Part shown: piece by piece, positions 38,583 through 48,382 of the stretch | How the letters are laid out: the number at the start of each line of letters is the position of its first letter | Numbering within the stretch: the stretch's first letter is position 1 | Assembly: GCA_963793305.1 (NCBI GenBank) | Contig: CAWBZV010000002.1 | Coordinates: forward strand, 640,001 to 704,000 | Source of the DNA: an uncultured Gemmatimonadales bacterium | GTDB lineage: Bacteria > Gemmatimonadota > Gemmatimonadetes > Gemmatimonadales > Gemmatimonadaceae | Reading direction: 5' to 3' | Length of the DNA stretch: 64,000 bases | Notes under the pieces: model-generated | Told to the model about the DNA's origin: nothing | The model's input: the letters and a program-made list of their open reading frames with translations, nothing else | The model's database searches: none | Program-made: the position numbers and the translations under genes

Positions 38583-39823
38583 TCCTGCCGCAGCGCGGCG
38601 ATCGGATCGAGGCGCGCCGCGCGCGTGGCCGGGTAGACACCGGCGACGATGCCGACGCCTCCGCCGAGCGTGACCGCGAGGGCAATCGACCAGGGCACGA
38701 TGTTGACCGGGAGCGGCGAGAACTTGGTGACCGCGAGTGCGAGGGCCGCTCCCAAGCCGATGCCCAGGATCGCGCCGATCAGACTCAAGGTCGATGACTC
38801 GATCAGGAACTGCGCCGCGATATCACGGCGGCGCGCACCGAGCGACTTGCGCACGCCGATCTCGCGGGTGCGCTCGGCGACCGCAACCAGCATGATGTTC
38901 ATGATCACGATGCCGCCGACCACCAGACCGATGGACGGCAGGAGCACGGCCGCCAGCCGGAGAATGACCTTGATCTTCTGCCAGAAGGTGAGCGACGACT
39001 CCGGTGTGGTCAGCGAGAAGTTGTCGGGCTGACCCGGGTGCAGGTGGCGCCGCACCCGCATCACCTGTCGCACGCGCTCCATCGCGTCGGTCAGGATGGT
39101 CTGATTCGCGGCCTGGACGATGATCCCGTCGACGACCCCGCGGTCGCGGTTCAACAACCGGTGGACCGGCGAGCGATACGGGGCAATGACGAACTTGTCC
39201 AGCGAGAACCCGAACGTGCTCCCCTGAGCCTCGGCCACGCCGACGACGGTGTAGGGGATCCCGCCCATCTTGATCCAGTGCCCGACCGGGCTGACGGTCG
39301 GGAAGAAGTGCTTCTTCACGTCCTGGCCGATCACGACGACCAAGGCGCCCGTCTCGAGCTCCTGGTCTGTGAACGGCCGGCCTTCGGTGATCCCCATCTG
39401 CTTGATCGCGAAATACTGGCCGGTGACGGCATCCACGAACGACGTCTTCGGCCGGGCGTACTGCGATTGGATCTCGAGATTGTCCTCGCTCATCATGTAC
39501 CAACTCGTGCCCGGCGGCAGGGCATCGACGACCGGATGGAGGTCGTCCTCCTTGACCCGCGGACGATGGTTCCACTCGGTCCACTGGGCCGGAGTCACGT
39601 CACCCGCGGCGAAATAGGGGTGATGCCGCAGCTCGAACGAGTTGATGGCGACCAGCTTGCCGATAAAGTCGTGTTCCATGTAGTGATTCATCCCTTCGAC
39701 GACAGAGATGATCGCGATCAGGAACATCACGCCGATCGTGACCCCGATGATGGTGAAGAAGCTCTTGAGCTTCTGCACCCGGATTTGACTCAGGGCCAAC
39801 CAAAAGGCGTCAACGAATTTCAT
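38579..39823 (-). CDS. MacB/FtsX-family ABC permease
   Basis: [46 protein letters not shown]. Confidence 0.94.
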   Translation of the reverse strand: MKFVDAFWLALSQIRVQKLKSFFTIIGVTIGVMFLIAIISVVEGMNHYMEHDFIGKLVAINSFELRHHPYFAAGDVTPAQWTEWNHRPRVKEDDLHPVVDALPPGTSWYMMSEDNLEIQSQYARPKTSFVDAVTGQYFAIKQMGITEGRPFTDQELETGALVVVIGQDVKKHFFPTVSPVGHWIKMGGIPYTVVGVAEAQGSTFGFSLDKFVIAPYRSPVHRLLNRDRGVVDGIIVQAANQTILTDAMERVRQVMRVRRHLHPGQPDNFSLTTPESSLTFWQKIKVILRLAAVLLPSIGLVVGGIVIMNIMLVAVAERTREIGVRKSLGARRRDIAAQFLIESSTLSLIGAILGIGLGAALALAVTKFSPLPVNIVPWSIALAVTLGGGVGIVAGVYPATRAARLDPIAALRQE

Positions 39824-40578
39824 TGCCGACGATCGTCAGTCTCGATCAAGCCGTCCCGCAATACGATCACGCGTTTCGCGTGCGCGGCGATGTCGGGTTC
39901 GTGGGTGACCATGATCACCGTCTGTCCGTGGCTCGCGAGCTCCTCGAACACCTTCATAATCTCTTCGGACGTCGCCGAGTCCAGGTTGCCGGTCGGTTCG
40001 TCCGCGAGCAAGATCGACGGCGTGTTCACCAGGGCGCGGGCAATGGCCACGCGCTGCCGCTGTCCGCCGGATAACTCATTGGGCCTATGGAGGATGCGAT
40101 CACCGAGCTGCACCCGTTCGAGTGCCTCGGTCGCCCGCTTTTTTCGCTCCCCTGACGGCACACCGGCATAGACGAGAGGCAGTTCGACGTTGTGCAGCGC
40201 TGTGGCTCGTGGCAGCAGGTTGAATGTCTGAAACACAAACCCGATTTCGCGGTTGCGCACCCGTGCGAGCTGGTCGTCGGACATCTGGGAGACCAGCGTG
40301 CCGTTCAGCCAATATTCGCCTTCACTCGGTGTATCGAGACACCCAATAAGATTCATCAGGGTCGACTTGCCGGACCCGGATGGTCCCATGATCGCGACGT
40401 ACTCGTTGCGATGAATCCCCACGTCGACACCACGCAGGGCACGAACGATCTCGCCCCCCATGTCATAGTGGCGCTTGAGCCCGCGGGTGACGATGACCCA
40501 GTCGGTCGGTGGCTCCTGACCGGTCTGCGCGATGACCGCCCGACGCTCGGCGGTGACCGTCATCGAGGACATCGTCAC
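39820..40578 (-). CDS. MacB/LolD-type ABC ATP-binding protein
   Basis: [36 protein letters not shown]. Confidence 0.95.
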   Translation of the reverse strand: MTMSSMTVTAERRAVIAQTGQEPPTDWVIVTRGLKRHYDMGGEIVRALRGVDVGIHRNEYVAIMGPSGSGKSTLMNLIGCLDTPSEGEYWLNGTLVSQMSDDQLARVRNREIGFVFQTFNLLPRATALHNVELPLVYAGVPSGERKKRATEALERVQLGDRILHRPNELSGGQRQRVAIARALVNTPSILLADEPTGNLDSATSEEIMKVFEELASHGQTVIMVTHEPDIAAHAKRVIVLRDGLIETDDRRQ

Positions 40579-41885
40579 GATTTGGCCTGCGCGGTTTGCG
40601 TCACGGGCTTCTGGTCGGGTTTCTTCTTGTCCGGCTTCGGCTCGTGGACGAGTGCGCCATCCTTGAGCTCGCGGATCGCCTGATACGTGCCGCCGACGAT
40701 ACGCTCGTTCGCCTGCAGGCCGTTCACGACTTCGAAGTACTTGTCGCCCGCGATCCCGACCTTGACCGGCCGGAACGTGACTTTGTTGTCATTGCTGACG
40801 ACGAACACGCCCTCTTCGTCGCGCTTGCCGACTTGCTTCGTCGGTTGCGCACGGCCGATCGTGACCGCCGAGTCGTTGCTCGGCAGCGACTCGTTCTCGC
40901 GCACGGTGAGCGCAATGATCGGGATCGACAGGACGTGGTTGCGCGTGTCGGTCACGACCTTCGCGGTCGCCGAGAAATCCGGGCGCGTATCGACTGGCGG
41001 GTTGAGCAGCTTGATCGTGACCTCGTAGTCCACGGCCTGATCGGTCGAGGTCGTGTTGGCGGTTCCCGCGGCCTTGACCGAGCTGTTGGCGATCTTCGTC
41101 ACCCGGCCGATGAATGTCGTATCCGGGAATGCGTCGAGCTGGATCTGCGCCGAGTCGCCAACCTGGATATGCGAGACATCGGTCTCGTCGACCTTGACGC
41201 GCGTCTCCAGGTAGTTCATGTCGCTGATCGTGAGCAGGGTCGCGGCATCCTTGTTCAGCGTGCCCTGGATCGCCGTTTCGCCGTTCTCGACGTCGAGACG
41301 GGTGACCTTGCCGCTCATCGGCGCCAGGACCGTCGTCTTGTCCAACGCGCTCTGCGAGTTCTGCAGGCTCGCCTGCGCCTGCTCGACCTGAAAGTCGGCC
41401 GCCTCCTTGGTCGCCTTGGCCACGTCGAGCGCGGTCTTGAGCTGCTCGAGCTGCTCAACGGAAATCAGCGCCGGATTCGTCTTCTTGATCTCGGCCGACC
41501 GGTCGTAGTTGTGCTGCGCCTGCGAGAGATTGGCGTTCGACTGCACCGCGGCCGCTTTCGCGCCCGCCAGCGCCGCTCTGTCGTGCTCGACCTGCGCCTG
41601 ATAGAGGGCGGGATCGATCTGCAGCAGCAGCTGCCCCTTCTTCACCATGTCGCCTTCTTTGACGGGCAGGGCGATGATGCGCCCGGAGATATCCGTGCTG
41701 ACGTCGACTTTGGTGTGCGGCACGACTTGTCCGCTGGCCGTCACCGAAGCGACCAGGTCACGGTACGCGACCGGCTCGATGCGTACCTCGGTCGATTTCT
41801 TGCCCTTGGTCGCGGCGACCGTGACCCCAGCGATCAGGGCAACGATCACGATGGTTCCAATAGTCCACTTGGCAGGAGAGCTCAT
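40575..41885 (-). CDS. MacA-like periplasmic adaptor (membrane fusion protein)
   Basis: N-terminal [15 protein letters not shown]; coiled-coil; APMSGKV; VDETDV. Confidence 0.93.
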   Translation of the reverse strand: MSSPAKWTIGTIVIVALIAGVTVAATKGKKSTEVRIEPVAYRDLVASVTASGQVVPHTKVDVSTDISGRIIALPVKEGDMVKKGQLLLQIDPALYQAQVEHDRAALAGAKAAAVQSNANLSQAQHNYDRSAEIKKTNPALISVEQLEQLKTALDVAKATKEAADFQVEQAQASLQNSQSALDKTTVLAPMSGKVTRLDVENGETAIQGTLNKDAATLLTISDMNYLETRVKVDETDVSHIQVGDSAQIQLDAFPDTTFIGRVTKIANSSVKAAGTANTTSTDQAVDYEVTIKLLNPPVDTRPDFSATAKVVTDTRNHVLSIPIIALTVRENESLPSNDSAVTIGRAQPTKQVGKRDEEGVFVVSNDNKVTFRPVKVGIAGDKYFEVVNGLQANERIVGGTYQAIRELKDGALVHEPKPDKKKPDQKPVTQTAQAKS

Positions 41886-41890
41886 AGGTA

Positions 41891-43339
41891 TCAGCGGAGG
41901 GGGCGGCCGACCGCGCTTTCCAACGCGGCGAACGCAGTTTGATAAGAATACACAGCGTTAATGCGGTCAGTCTCGGCCCGCTCGAACGAGGCCACTGCGT
42001 CTGTCACATCTAATGACGAGGCCGCTCCGACTTGGTACCGGGCTTCGGCAAGCGCGAGCTCCTCGCGCGCCTTTGCGGCGTTCTCTTGCTGCAACGCGGC
42101 CGTCTTCTGCGCGGTCGTCAGGCTCAGATACGCGCTCGTGACGTTGGCGGTCAGCGCCAACTCCTGGGCTCGCCGGTTGTACTGCGCGTCCGAGCGATTG
42201 GCGGCCGCCTGCTCGATCTTCTGTTCGCGCACGAACCCGTCGAAAATCGGCAGGGACAGCGTGGCCGTGACCTGACGCGGGTTGTTAATGAAGCCGAACG
42301 GGAAGCCGTTGTTCTGATTCTTCAGCGTCTGGATCTCACCCGGCGTGAGGTTGGGCGAACCGCATGTCGCCGCGGTTCCTCCGGCCGCGATGCACAGCTC
42401 GTAGCCGATCTGTTGGTTCGACGCGGCAGACACGACGGCGGCGTTGGAGTTTGTGTACGAGAATGTGTAGCCGCTGAGACCGGTCTGGATTTGCAAAACC
42501 GGTGTATACAGGCCGCGCTGACGAGTCACGTCAACGTCGGCCGCATGCTCGCGCGCGAGGAGCGCCACCAGCTGTGGGTTCGATTGGCGAGCGATCGCTT
42601 GCAAGCTGTCCAGCGTGTACTCGACCGGCGCTACTTGGAACGTATCGCGGACTTGCACGCCCTTTGGTTGCGTCACGCCAAGCGTCTGAAAGAGCTGCAA
42701 CTTCGTGACGTCGACCTGATTGTGGGCTTGCACGGCCGACACCTTCTGCTGGCCGAGCGTCACCTCGGCGCGCTGGACGTCGAGCGGCGTCGCTGCACCC
42801 GCGGCAACCCGCGCCTGGGCCAGCAGCAGCTGCGCCGAATCGTCGGAGACGAGGGTGTCCTGCAGGTTGGCCTGCGCGACCGCGGTCACCACCGCGATAT
42901 ACGCGGAGGCGACGTTGTTCCGTAACGTCGCCGCGGCGCTGCCAATGTCAGCCTCCGCCGCATCGCGGTTCGCGCGATTGTACGCCGGCGAGATCAGGAC
43001 GCTCGCGCTCAGCGTGTAATTCAGGTTGAGCTGCCATTGTGACTGCTCGTAGTTCGAGCTCGCACCGAGCGCCGCTCCGCTCGAGAACTGCGTGCCCGCC
43101 TGCGAGTACTGCGCGAAGAGGTTGGCGCCCACCTGGGGGAGAAACTGGCCGTAGGCCGCCCGCAGGTTCGCACTTGCCGAACGCCGGGCGACGACGCTCT
43201 GGAGATAGACGGGGTTGTTGTGCTTGGCGATCTGTTGCGCGTCGGACAACGTCAGCACCGGCCCCGCCGAGTCTGGACCTTGCGCGGCGGCCTGGCCCGC
43301 GAGCGTCAAGGCCCCCATAACGATGCAGAGACGAATCAT
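41891..43339 (-). CDS. TolC-family outer-membrane efflux protein
   Basis: Signal peptide; two OEP repeats; LSLPIFDG; ARYQVGAASSLDV. Confidence 0.92.
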   Translation of the reverse strand: MIRLCIVMGALTLAGQAAAQGPDSAGPVLTLSDAQQIAKHNNPVYLQSVVARRSASANLRAAYGQFLPQVGANLFAQYSQAGTQFSSGAALGASSNYEQSQWQLNLNYTLSASVLISPAYNRANRDAAEADIGSAAATLRNNVASAYIAVVTAVAQANLQDTLVSDDSAQLLLAQARVAAGAATPLDVQRAEVTLGQQKVSAVQAHNQVDVTKLQLFQTLGVTQPKGVQVRDTFQVAPVEYTLDSLQAIARQSNPQLVALLAREHAADVDVTRQRGLYTPVLQIQTGLSGYTFSYTNSNAAVVSAASNQQIGYELCIAAGGTAATCGSPNLTPGEIQTLKNQNNGFPFGFINNPRQVTATLSLPIFDGFVREQKIEQAAANRSDAQYNRRAQELALTANVTSAYLSLTTAQKTAALQQENAAKAREELALAEARYQVGAASSLDVTDAVASFERAETDRINAVYSYQTAFAALESAVGRPLR

Positions 43340-43366
43340 GGACACCGAGTTATTGGTTGCTGACCG

Positions 43367-43393
43367 TACGTACCGGCCGGATGGGGAGTTTCA
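43367..43393 (-). promoter_or_regulatory. Putative ECF sigma promoter, TGAAAC-N17-CGTA
   Basis: Minus strand reads TGAAACTCCCCATCCGGCCGGTACGTA, upstream of the TolC gene; resembles the SigW-type AAC...CGT consensus. Confidence 0.45.
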
Positions 43394-44053
43394 AGGGGGG
43401 CTGTCCCGCACGGCCATTAGATGCCGCTCGGGCCTTGCGAGTTGCAATACACGTCCAGCCGAGTCGGTCCAAACGAGGCGCTCACCGTCGCCCGTCACCC
43501 GTATCTTTATGGCCATCAGCTCCCGGCCTCCGATCCGGACCGAGTCCGGCCCGAGGCGCTCGATGCGCATCGGCAACACCGCGCGGCGCTGTGGCACGAC
43601 GACTGACACGACCCCCTCCCGGCGGCCGAGCATCAAAAAGTAGTACTGATGCACGATATCGTCATCTGCCAGCAGGGTGCCCGCCAACGGCAACTCGCGC
43701 GCGGACTCGTGATCCGGCCACCGCGCGCGCAGCATCAGAAATCCGCGATCGCGGACGACGCTGACCTGTTCGACGTGTCCCGGTCCGGTTCGCAGATCGA
43801 GCGCATATGTGAGTGGGGCGCCCGTGAGGTCGGTCGCGAGGGCCGGTGACAGCCGGCGGTCCGCGAACAGCACGGTACCCGACGCTTGATACCCGCCGGG
43901 TGCATGGCGGATCGCGAACGTCTCGCGGCCCGCCTCGGTCGCCGATCCCTCGACCGTAATCGTGAAGCTCCCCTGGTCGACTATGGAACCGGGGGTGGCT
44001 GGCTGTGCACTGGCAGACACGGCCAGGAATACCGCCGCGTAGGCCGCCCTCAA
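43391..44053 (-). CDS. Hypothetical secreted beta-rich protein
   Basis: Signal peptide ending ASA-QP; TTGA overlap with the upstream gene. Confidence 0.7.
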   Translation of the reverse strand: MRAAYAAVFLAVSASAQPATPGSIVDQGSFTITVEGSATEAGRETFAIRHAPGGYQASGTVLFADRRLSPALATDLTGAPLTYALDLRTGPGHVEQVSVVRDRGFLMLRARWPDHESARELPLAGTLLADDDIVHQYYFLMLGRREGVVSVVVPQRRAVLPMRIERLGPDSVRIGGRELMAIKIRVTGDGERLVWTDSAGRVLQLARPERHLMAVRDSPP

Positions 44054-44733
44054 ACCCGGAAGATCCGTTGTGCGATCCGCTCGCGCAGGCGCTCGTACAA
44101 CAAGCGACCTTTCTCGGCGGAGGCAAGCGTCGGGCGGCCGGCCAGGGAACGCACTCGCCGATAGCGGCGGCGCTCATCCTCCGACAGACTATAGTCTTCG
44201 GCCGCCTTCATGTTCACCAACTCCGGCGCGAGGTGTAACAAGAGCGAAGTGTCGACCTCATCCCCGTGCAACGGGGCATCTTGACCGGTCAGGAGATCCG
44301 CCACGTGGACCGCGAATACATCAACGACGCGAACGCGCGCCTCAGCCGTGATGACCGTCGCGAGCGCCTCTTGGTGCGCGTCGTAGCCATGCGCCGTCAA
44401 CAGGATGAACTCCCGAACCCCGGTCGCCTCCCACGACGCGAGCAGATCGTTCACCAGCAAATGCAGCGTCTTCTTCCTCACGGCGCCGTTCCCCGGTGAA
44501 GGACGCCGCGTCTCCGCATTCACGCCGTATTCGATCGTCGGCGCTCGCAGGACGCCGAATTCCGCGGACAGGTCGTCCGCGAGGCGCTCGACGATAATGG
44601 TGTCGACACCGAGCGGCACGTGGGGTCCGTGGGCTTCGCAGGTGCCGATCGGCACGATCAGCCGTGGGTCGTCAGCGATCGCGGCCGCGACGCGCCCCGG
44701 CGGCAGCTCTTTGATTCGTCGTGGGAGTGACAT
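44050..44733 (-). CDS. Creatininase / creatinine amidohydrolase family protein
   Basis: PIGTCEAHGPHVPLGVDT, TAHG, HGDEVDTS, ASAEKG. Confidence 0.88.
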   Translation of the reverse strand: MSLPRRIKELPPGRVAAAIADDPRLIVPIGTCEAHGPHVPLGVDTIIVERLADDLSAEFGVLRAPTIEYGVNAETRRPSPGNGAVRKKTLHLLVNDLLASWEATGVREFILLTAHGYDAHQEALATVITAEARVRVVDVFAVHVADLLTGQDAPLHGDEVDTSLLLHLAPELVNMKAAEDYSLSEDERRRYRRVRSLAGRPTLASAEKGRLLYERLRERIAQRIFRV

Positions 44734-47700
44734 GCGGTCTTGGTGGTGGTCTGCCGCCGCCGCGGTCGCCGTGATCTCGGCCGCACGCTGGCTTCGCGCG
44801 CCCGCCCTACCTTATCTCGGTGTCAGCGTGGGCGCCACGGTTGTGGCGGTCTTTCTGGCCCTTCGCCAACGCGGGAGCGGCGCGATCGCCGCGCGCACGG
44901 CGTCGTTCGCCCTGGCCGCGTTTGCGGTCGTCGCGTCAGCCGACCAATACATGATCTGGCAGTTGGAGACCGACTGGCCGGCGGTCTCCGCGTCCATCAC
45001 GACCAACGCGCAGACCACCGCTCGCGCGACCCTCAACACTCTGGCCAGTACGCTGCACAGTACGGCCGTCCGCGCGCTCGACGCGCCGGGCGATCCGGCG
45101 GGCGCATTCCGGGCCGTGGCGGCGAGCCTCGGACAGGAACGGTATGCGACCGAGCGGGGCGTGGTGCTGTATCGTGGCTCGGCGCCCGTGGCGTGGGCCG
45201 GCGCGATCCGCGCGCAGCCGTCGAACGACAGCGCCGCGTACGCCGTGACGTGGAGTGACTTCTACGTGACGCTCCAAGCCAGTGCGACCCGGGGCGGATC
45301 GCGCGCGGTGGCCACCGCGCTGCTGCACGCAGACCCGCCGGCCGACCGGCTGGCGCGGGCGTTGGACGAGTGGATCGTCCAGCGGACGGGGGTTGTCGGG
45401 TTCGCGTTCAACCGTCCCGTGGCGCCATTCAGTGGAGACCTGTTCGCGCCCGGTGGCTCGGTACTCCTGTCGATTGAACCGCTGCCGCCCCGAGTCGAGA
45501 CCATCCGCCCGCGTGTCATCGATCGGTCGCGCCACCATGGCGTCGCACTCTTGGCGCTGGCGCTCATCGCGTTCATCGGCGCCGAGTGGCACCCGCGGGC
45601 TCCCCTCGGACGGCGGCTGGCGGCGCTCACGGTACCGATCCTGAGCATCGTCATCGTGCCGCTCAACACGCTGTCGAACCTGAGTCCCATCTTCGATCCA
45701 ACCTACTTCTACTCGCAGATTGGTGGGCCGCTGACCGCGAGCGTCGGCGCGCTTGCGCTCACGAGCGCGATCGCGGCACTCGGCGCCCTGGCCATTATCC
45801 AAGCCGGCCTACGGGTCCGCCCCCGATTTATCGCGGCGATCCTCGCGGTGCTGATCTGCGCGGTCGCGCCATACCTGCTGCACGGCATGGCCGAGGGCAT
45901 CACGTCGCCGGGTTCTGGCGTACCGCTCGAGGTCTGGATCATCTGGCAGGTGACCCTCGCGCTTACCGGAACGGCCATCCTGTCGCTGGCAGTCGTGGCG
46001 GGTCGGAGCGCACTGCTGTCGCCAAGGGGAATACGGCCGAGCGTCGCCGTTGGCGTCGCGGTCGTGGCCGCGGCGAGTGGCGTGATGATATGGCGACCGA
46101 CGGTGTCGTGGCCGGCTGCCTACTCGGCGCTTTGGATCGCCGCCGGCATCGCCGCCGCGTTCGCATCGGGTTCGAGAGCGCGGGTGACGCTCGCCAGCGT
46201 GGTCGCGGGCTGTGGCGCGGCGCTCCTTATCTGGTCCGCGAATGCCGAGCGACGCATCGCGCTCGCCGAGCGCGATGTCGCGGGCCTCACGACCCCGGAT
46301 CCGAACGCGACGCTGCTGCTCGAGCGGTTCGGAGCCGATCTCGCGGTCGAATCCCCGCCACGATCACGCGCCGATCTGCTCAAGCTCTACGCGACATCAG
46401 ACCTGGCGTCAGGCGGGTATCCGGTCGCGCTCACCGAGTGGTCACCCGATGGGGACACGATCGCGACGCTGCAACTCGCCCAGTTCGCGACGTCGGCGCA
46501 GCAAGTCGCGCGCGCGGTGAGCGAAGCGCGCGCCGGCGATTCGACGGTGATTATGGAGTCGGCGGGCTCGCCTGGCGTTCAACTCGTGCTCGCCGCGCCG
46601 GGCCCGACGCACGCGGTCACGACCGTGGTCGTCGCGCCGACGACGCGCCTCATCAGCCCATCGGCGGATGCGCCGCTCCTCGGCATCGCGCCGGATGCGT
46701 CGAGCGCGCCGCCGATGTATACGTTGACGCCGATTCGGGTCGTCGCGGGCGCCGACACCTTGCGCTCGCGCGGGCTCATGCGGCGCTGGACGCGGACTGG
46801 CGAGCAGCTGCACGCCGACTGGCTCGTCGGCGGTGCGCTCGGCTCGGCCAGAGCGCACGTCGAGATCGATCTGCGAACGGTCGATGCGCTCGCCGAGCGC
46901 GGCACCCTGCTCTTGTTGCTCGATCTCATCGTGATCGGGATGCTCTGGATGCTGGCCGCGATCACCGGCGGCGCGTTCTGGCGTTGGCTCCGCTGGCGGG
47001 CGCGGCGATGGGCGCATAGCTACCGGGCGCAGCTCACCGTCGTGTTGTTCGCGTTCTTCGTGACGCCGGCGCTCTTGTTCGCGGCGTGGTCGTATCGCCG
47101 GTTGGCGAGCGACGATCGTCAGTCCCATGCGCTGCGCGTGCTGGAGACGCTCCGCTCGGTGGTGAATAACGGCGAGGTCGAGTTTCTGCAGGTCGCCGGC
47201 AATCGACTCGATACCCCGCTGCTGTTGTATCGGGGCGGGGAGCTCGCCGGAACGAGCGATACGTTGCTCGCCGAGCTCGCGCCGATCGGTGCCTACCTGC
47301 GTCCGGACATTCAGCTTGGCCTCGGGTTGGCCGAGGAGGTCACAGCCGGCCGGGTAGAGCGGTTGGATGCGACGACCGCGCTGTTCGGATATCGCGCGGC
47401 GACCGATGATCGTGGCGAGCACGTGGTGTTGGCCGCGCCGTCGGGAGCCGATGCCGTCGAGGATGCGGCGCTCACCCGGCGGCGAGACGATCTCAGCATT
47501 CTGCTCATGTTCGCGACCGTCGCGGGCGCGGTCGCGGCTCTCTGGCTCAGCGGACTCGCGGCGCGCGAGTTCGCGCGCCCGATCGACGCGCTCCGTCGGG
47601 CGGCGTTGGCCGCCGCCGCCGGTGTGCGCGAGCCTGATCTCGGCGGCGAGCCGCCCGCGGAGTTCATTCCGGTGTTCTCGGCGTTTCGCCGCATGGCCGC

Positions 47701-48382
47701 GGATTTCGGCGCGAGCCAACGCGTGCTCGCCTGGGGCCAGATGGCTCGCCAGGTGGCGCACGAGATCAAGAATCCGCTGACCCCGATCCGCCTCGGCGTG
47801 CAGCATTTGCAGCGCGCACATGCGGACAAGCGCAAAGACTTCGATCGGATCTTGCAACAGAATGCGACGCGCATTCTGGCCGAGATCGATCGACTCGACG
47901 AGATTGCGCGCGCGTTCAGTCGCTATGGGACCGCTCCCGAGGAGCGCCCGCCGGCCGAGCCCACCGAGGTCGGCGCCGTCGTACGCGATGTCGTTGAGCT
48001 CGAACGCATGGGTGCCGAAGGTGGCATCCAATGGTCAGTGACCGCCGACAGTCTCTTGTTGGCCATGGCTCGTGCGGACGACCTCCGGGAGGTGCTGCTG
48101 AACCTCTTGGAGAATGCGCGGCTGGCGCACGCTCGTCATGTTCGTGTACACGCTGCGCGCGACGGCGCGCGTATCGTCATCACGGTGCAAGACGATGGCG
48201 ATGGCATACCGGAGGATGTCATGCCCCATATCTTCGAGCCGCATTTTTCGACACGCACGAGTGGAAGCGGCCTCGGTCTCGCGATGAGCCGCCGACTCGT
48301 CGATGGATGGGGTGGGACGATCACGGTGAAGAGCGAGCAGGGCCAAGGAACGACTGTGACAGTATTTTTAACTGCATCGTGA
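44732..48382 (+). CDS. Large multi-TM sensor histidine kinase (NtrY-like C-terminus)
   Basis: Many TM helices; HAMP-like region; AWGQMARQVAHEIKNPLTPI, NLLENA, DDGDGI, FEPHFST, GSGLGL. Confidence 0.92.
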   Translation: MRSWWWSAAAAVAVISAARWLRAPALPYLGVSVGATVVAVFLALRQRGSGAIAARTASFALAAFAVVASADQYMIWQLETDWPAVSASITTNAQTTARATLNTLASTLHSTAVRALDAPGDPAGAFRAVAASLGQERYATERGVVLYRGSAPVAWAGAIRAQPSNDSAAYAVTWSDFYVTLQASATRGGSRAVATALLHADPPADRLARALDEWIVQRTGVVGFAFNRPVAPFSGDLFAPGGSVLLSIEPLPPRVETIRPRVIDRSRHHGVALLALALIAFIGAEWHPRAPLGRRLAALTVPILSIVIVPLNTLSNLSPIFDPTYFYSQIGGPLTASVGALALTSAIAALGALAIIQAGLRVRPRFIAAILAVLICAVAPYLLHGMAEGITSPGSGVPLEVWIIWQVTLALTGTAILSLAVVAGRSALLSPRGIRPSVAVGVAVVAAASGVMIWRPTVSWPAAYSALWIAAGIAAAFASGSRARVTLASVVAGCGAALLIWSANAERRIALAERDVAGLTTPDPNATLLLERFGADLAVESPPRSRADLLKLYATSDLASGGYPVALTEWSPDGDTIATLQLAQFATSAQQVARAVSEARAGDSTVIMESAGSPGVQLVLAAPGPTHAVTTVVVAPTTRLISPSADAPLLGIAPDASSAPPMYTLTPIRVVAGADTLRSRGLMRRWTRTGEQLHADWLVGGALGSARAHVEIDLRTVDALAERGTLLLLLDLIVIGMLWMLAAITGGAFWRWLRWRARRWAHSYRAQLTVVLFAFFVTPALLFAAWSYRRLASDDRQSHALRVLETLRSVVNNGEVEFLQVAGNRLDTPLLLYRGGELAGTSDTLLAELAPIGAYLRPDIQLGLGLAEEVTAGRVERLDATTALFGYRAATDDRGEHVVLAAPSGADAVEDAALTRRRDDLSILLMFATVAGAVAALWLSGLAAREFARPIDALRRAALAAAAGVREPDLGGEPPAEFIPVFSAFRRMAADFGASQRVLAWGQMARQVAHEIKNPLTPIRLGVQHLQRAHADKRKDFDRILQQNATRILAEIDRLDEIARAFSRYGTAPEERPPAEPTEVGAVVRDVVELERMGAEGGIQWSVTADSLLLAMARADDLREVLLNLLENARLAHARHVRVHAARDGARIVITVQDDGDGIPEDVMPHIFEPHFSTRTSGSGLGLAMSRRLVDGWGGTITVKSEQGQGTTVTVFLTAS

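Noticed and set aside
44050..44733. Mycofactocin MftE or RiPP peptidase
   Set aside because: No precursor peptide or radical SAM gene nearby; only a general creatininase-family call is justified
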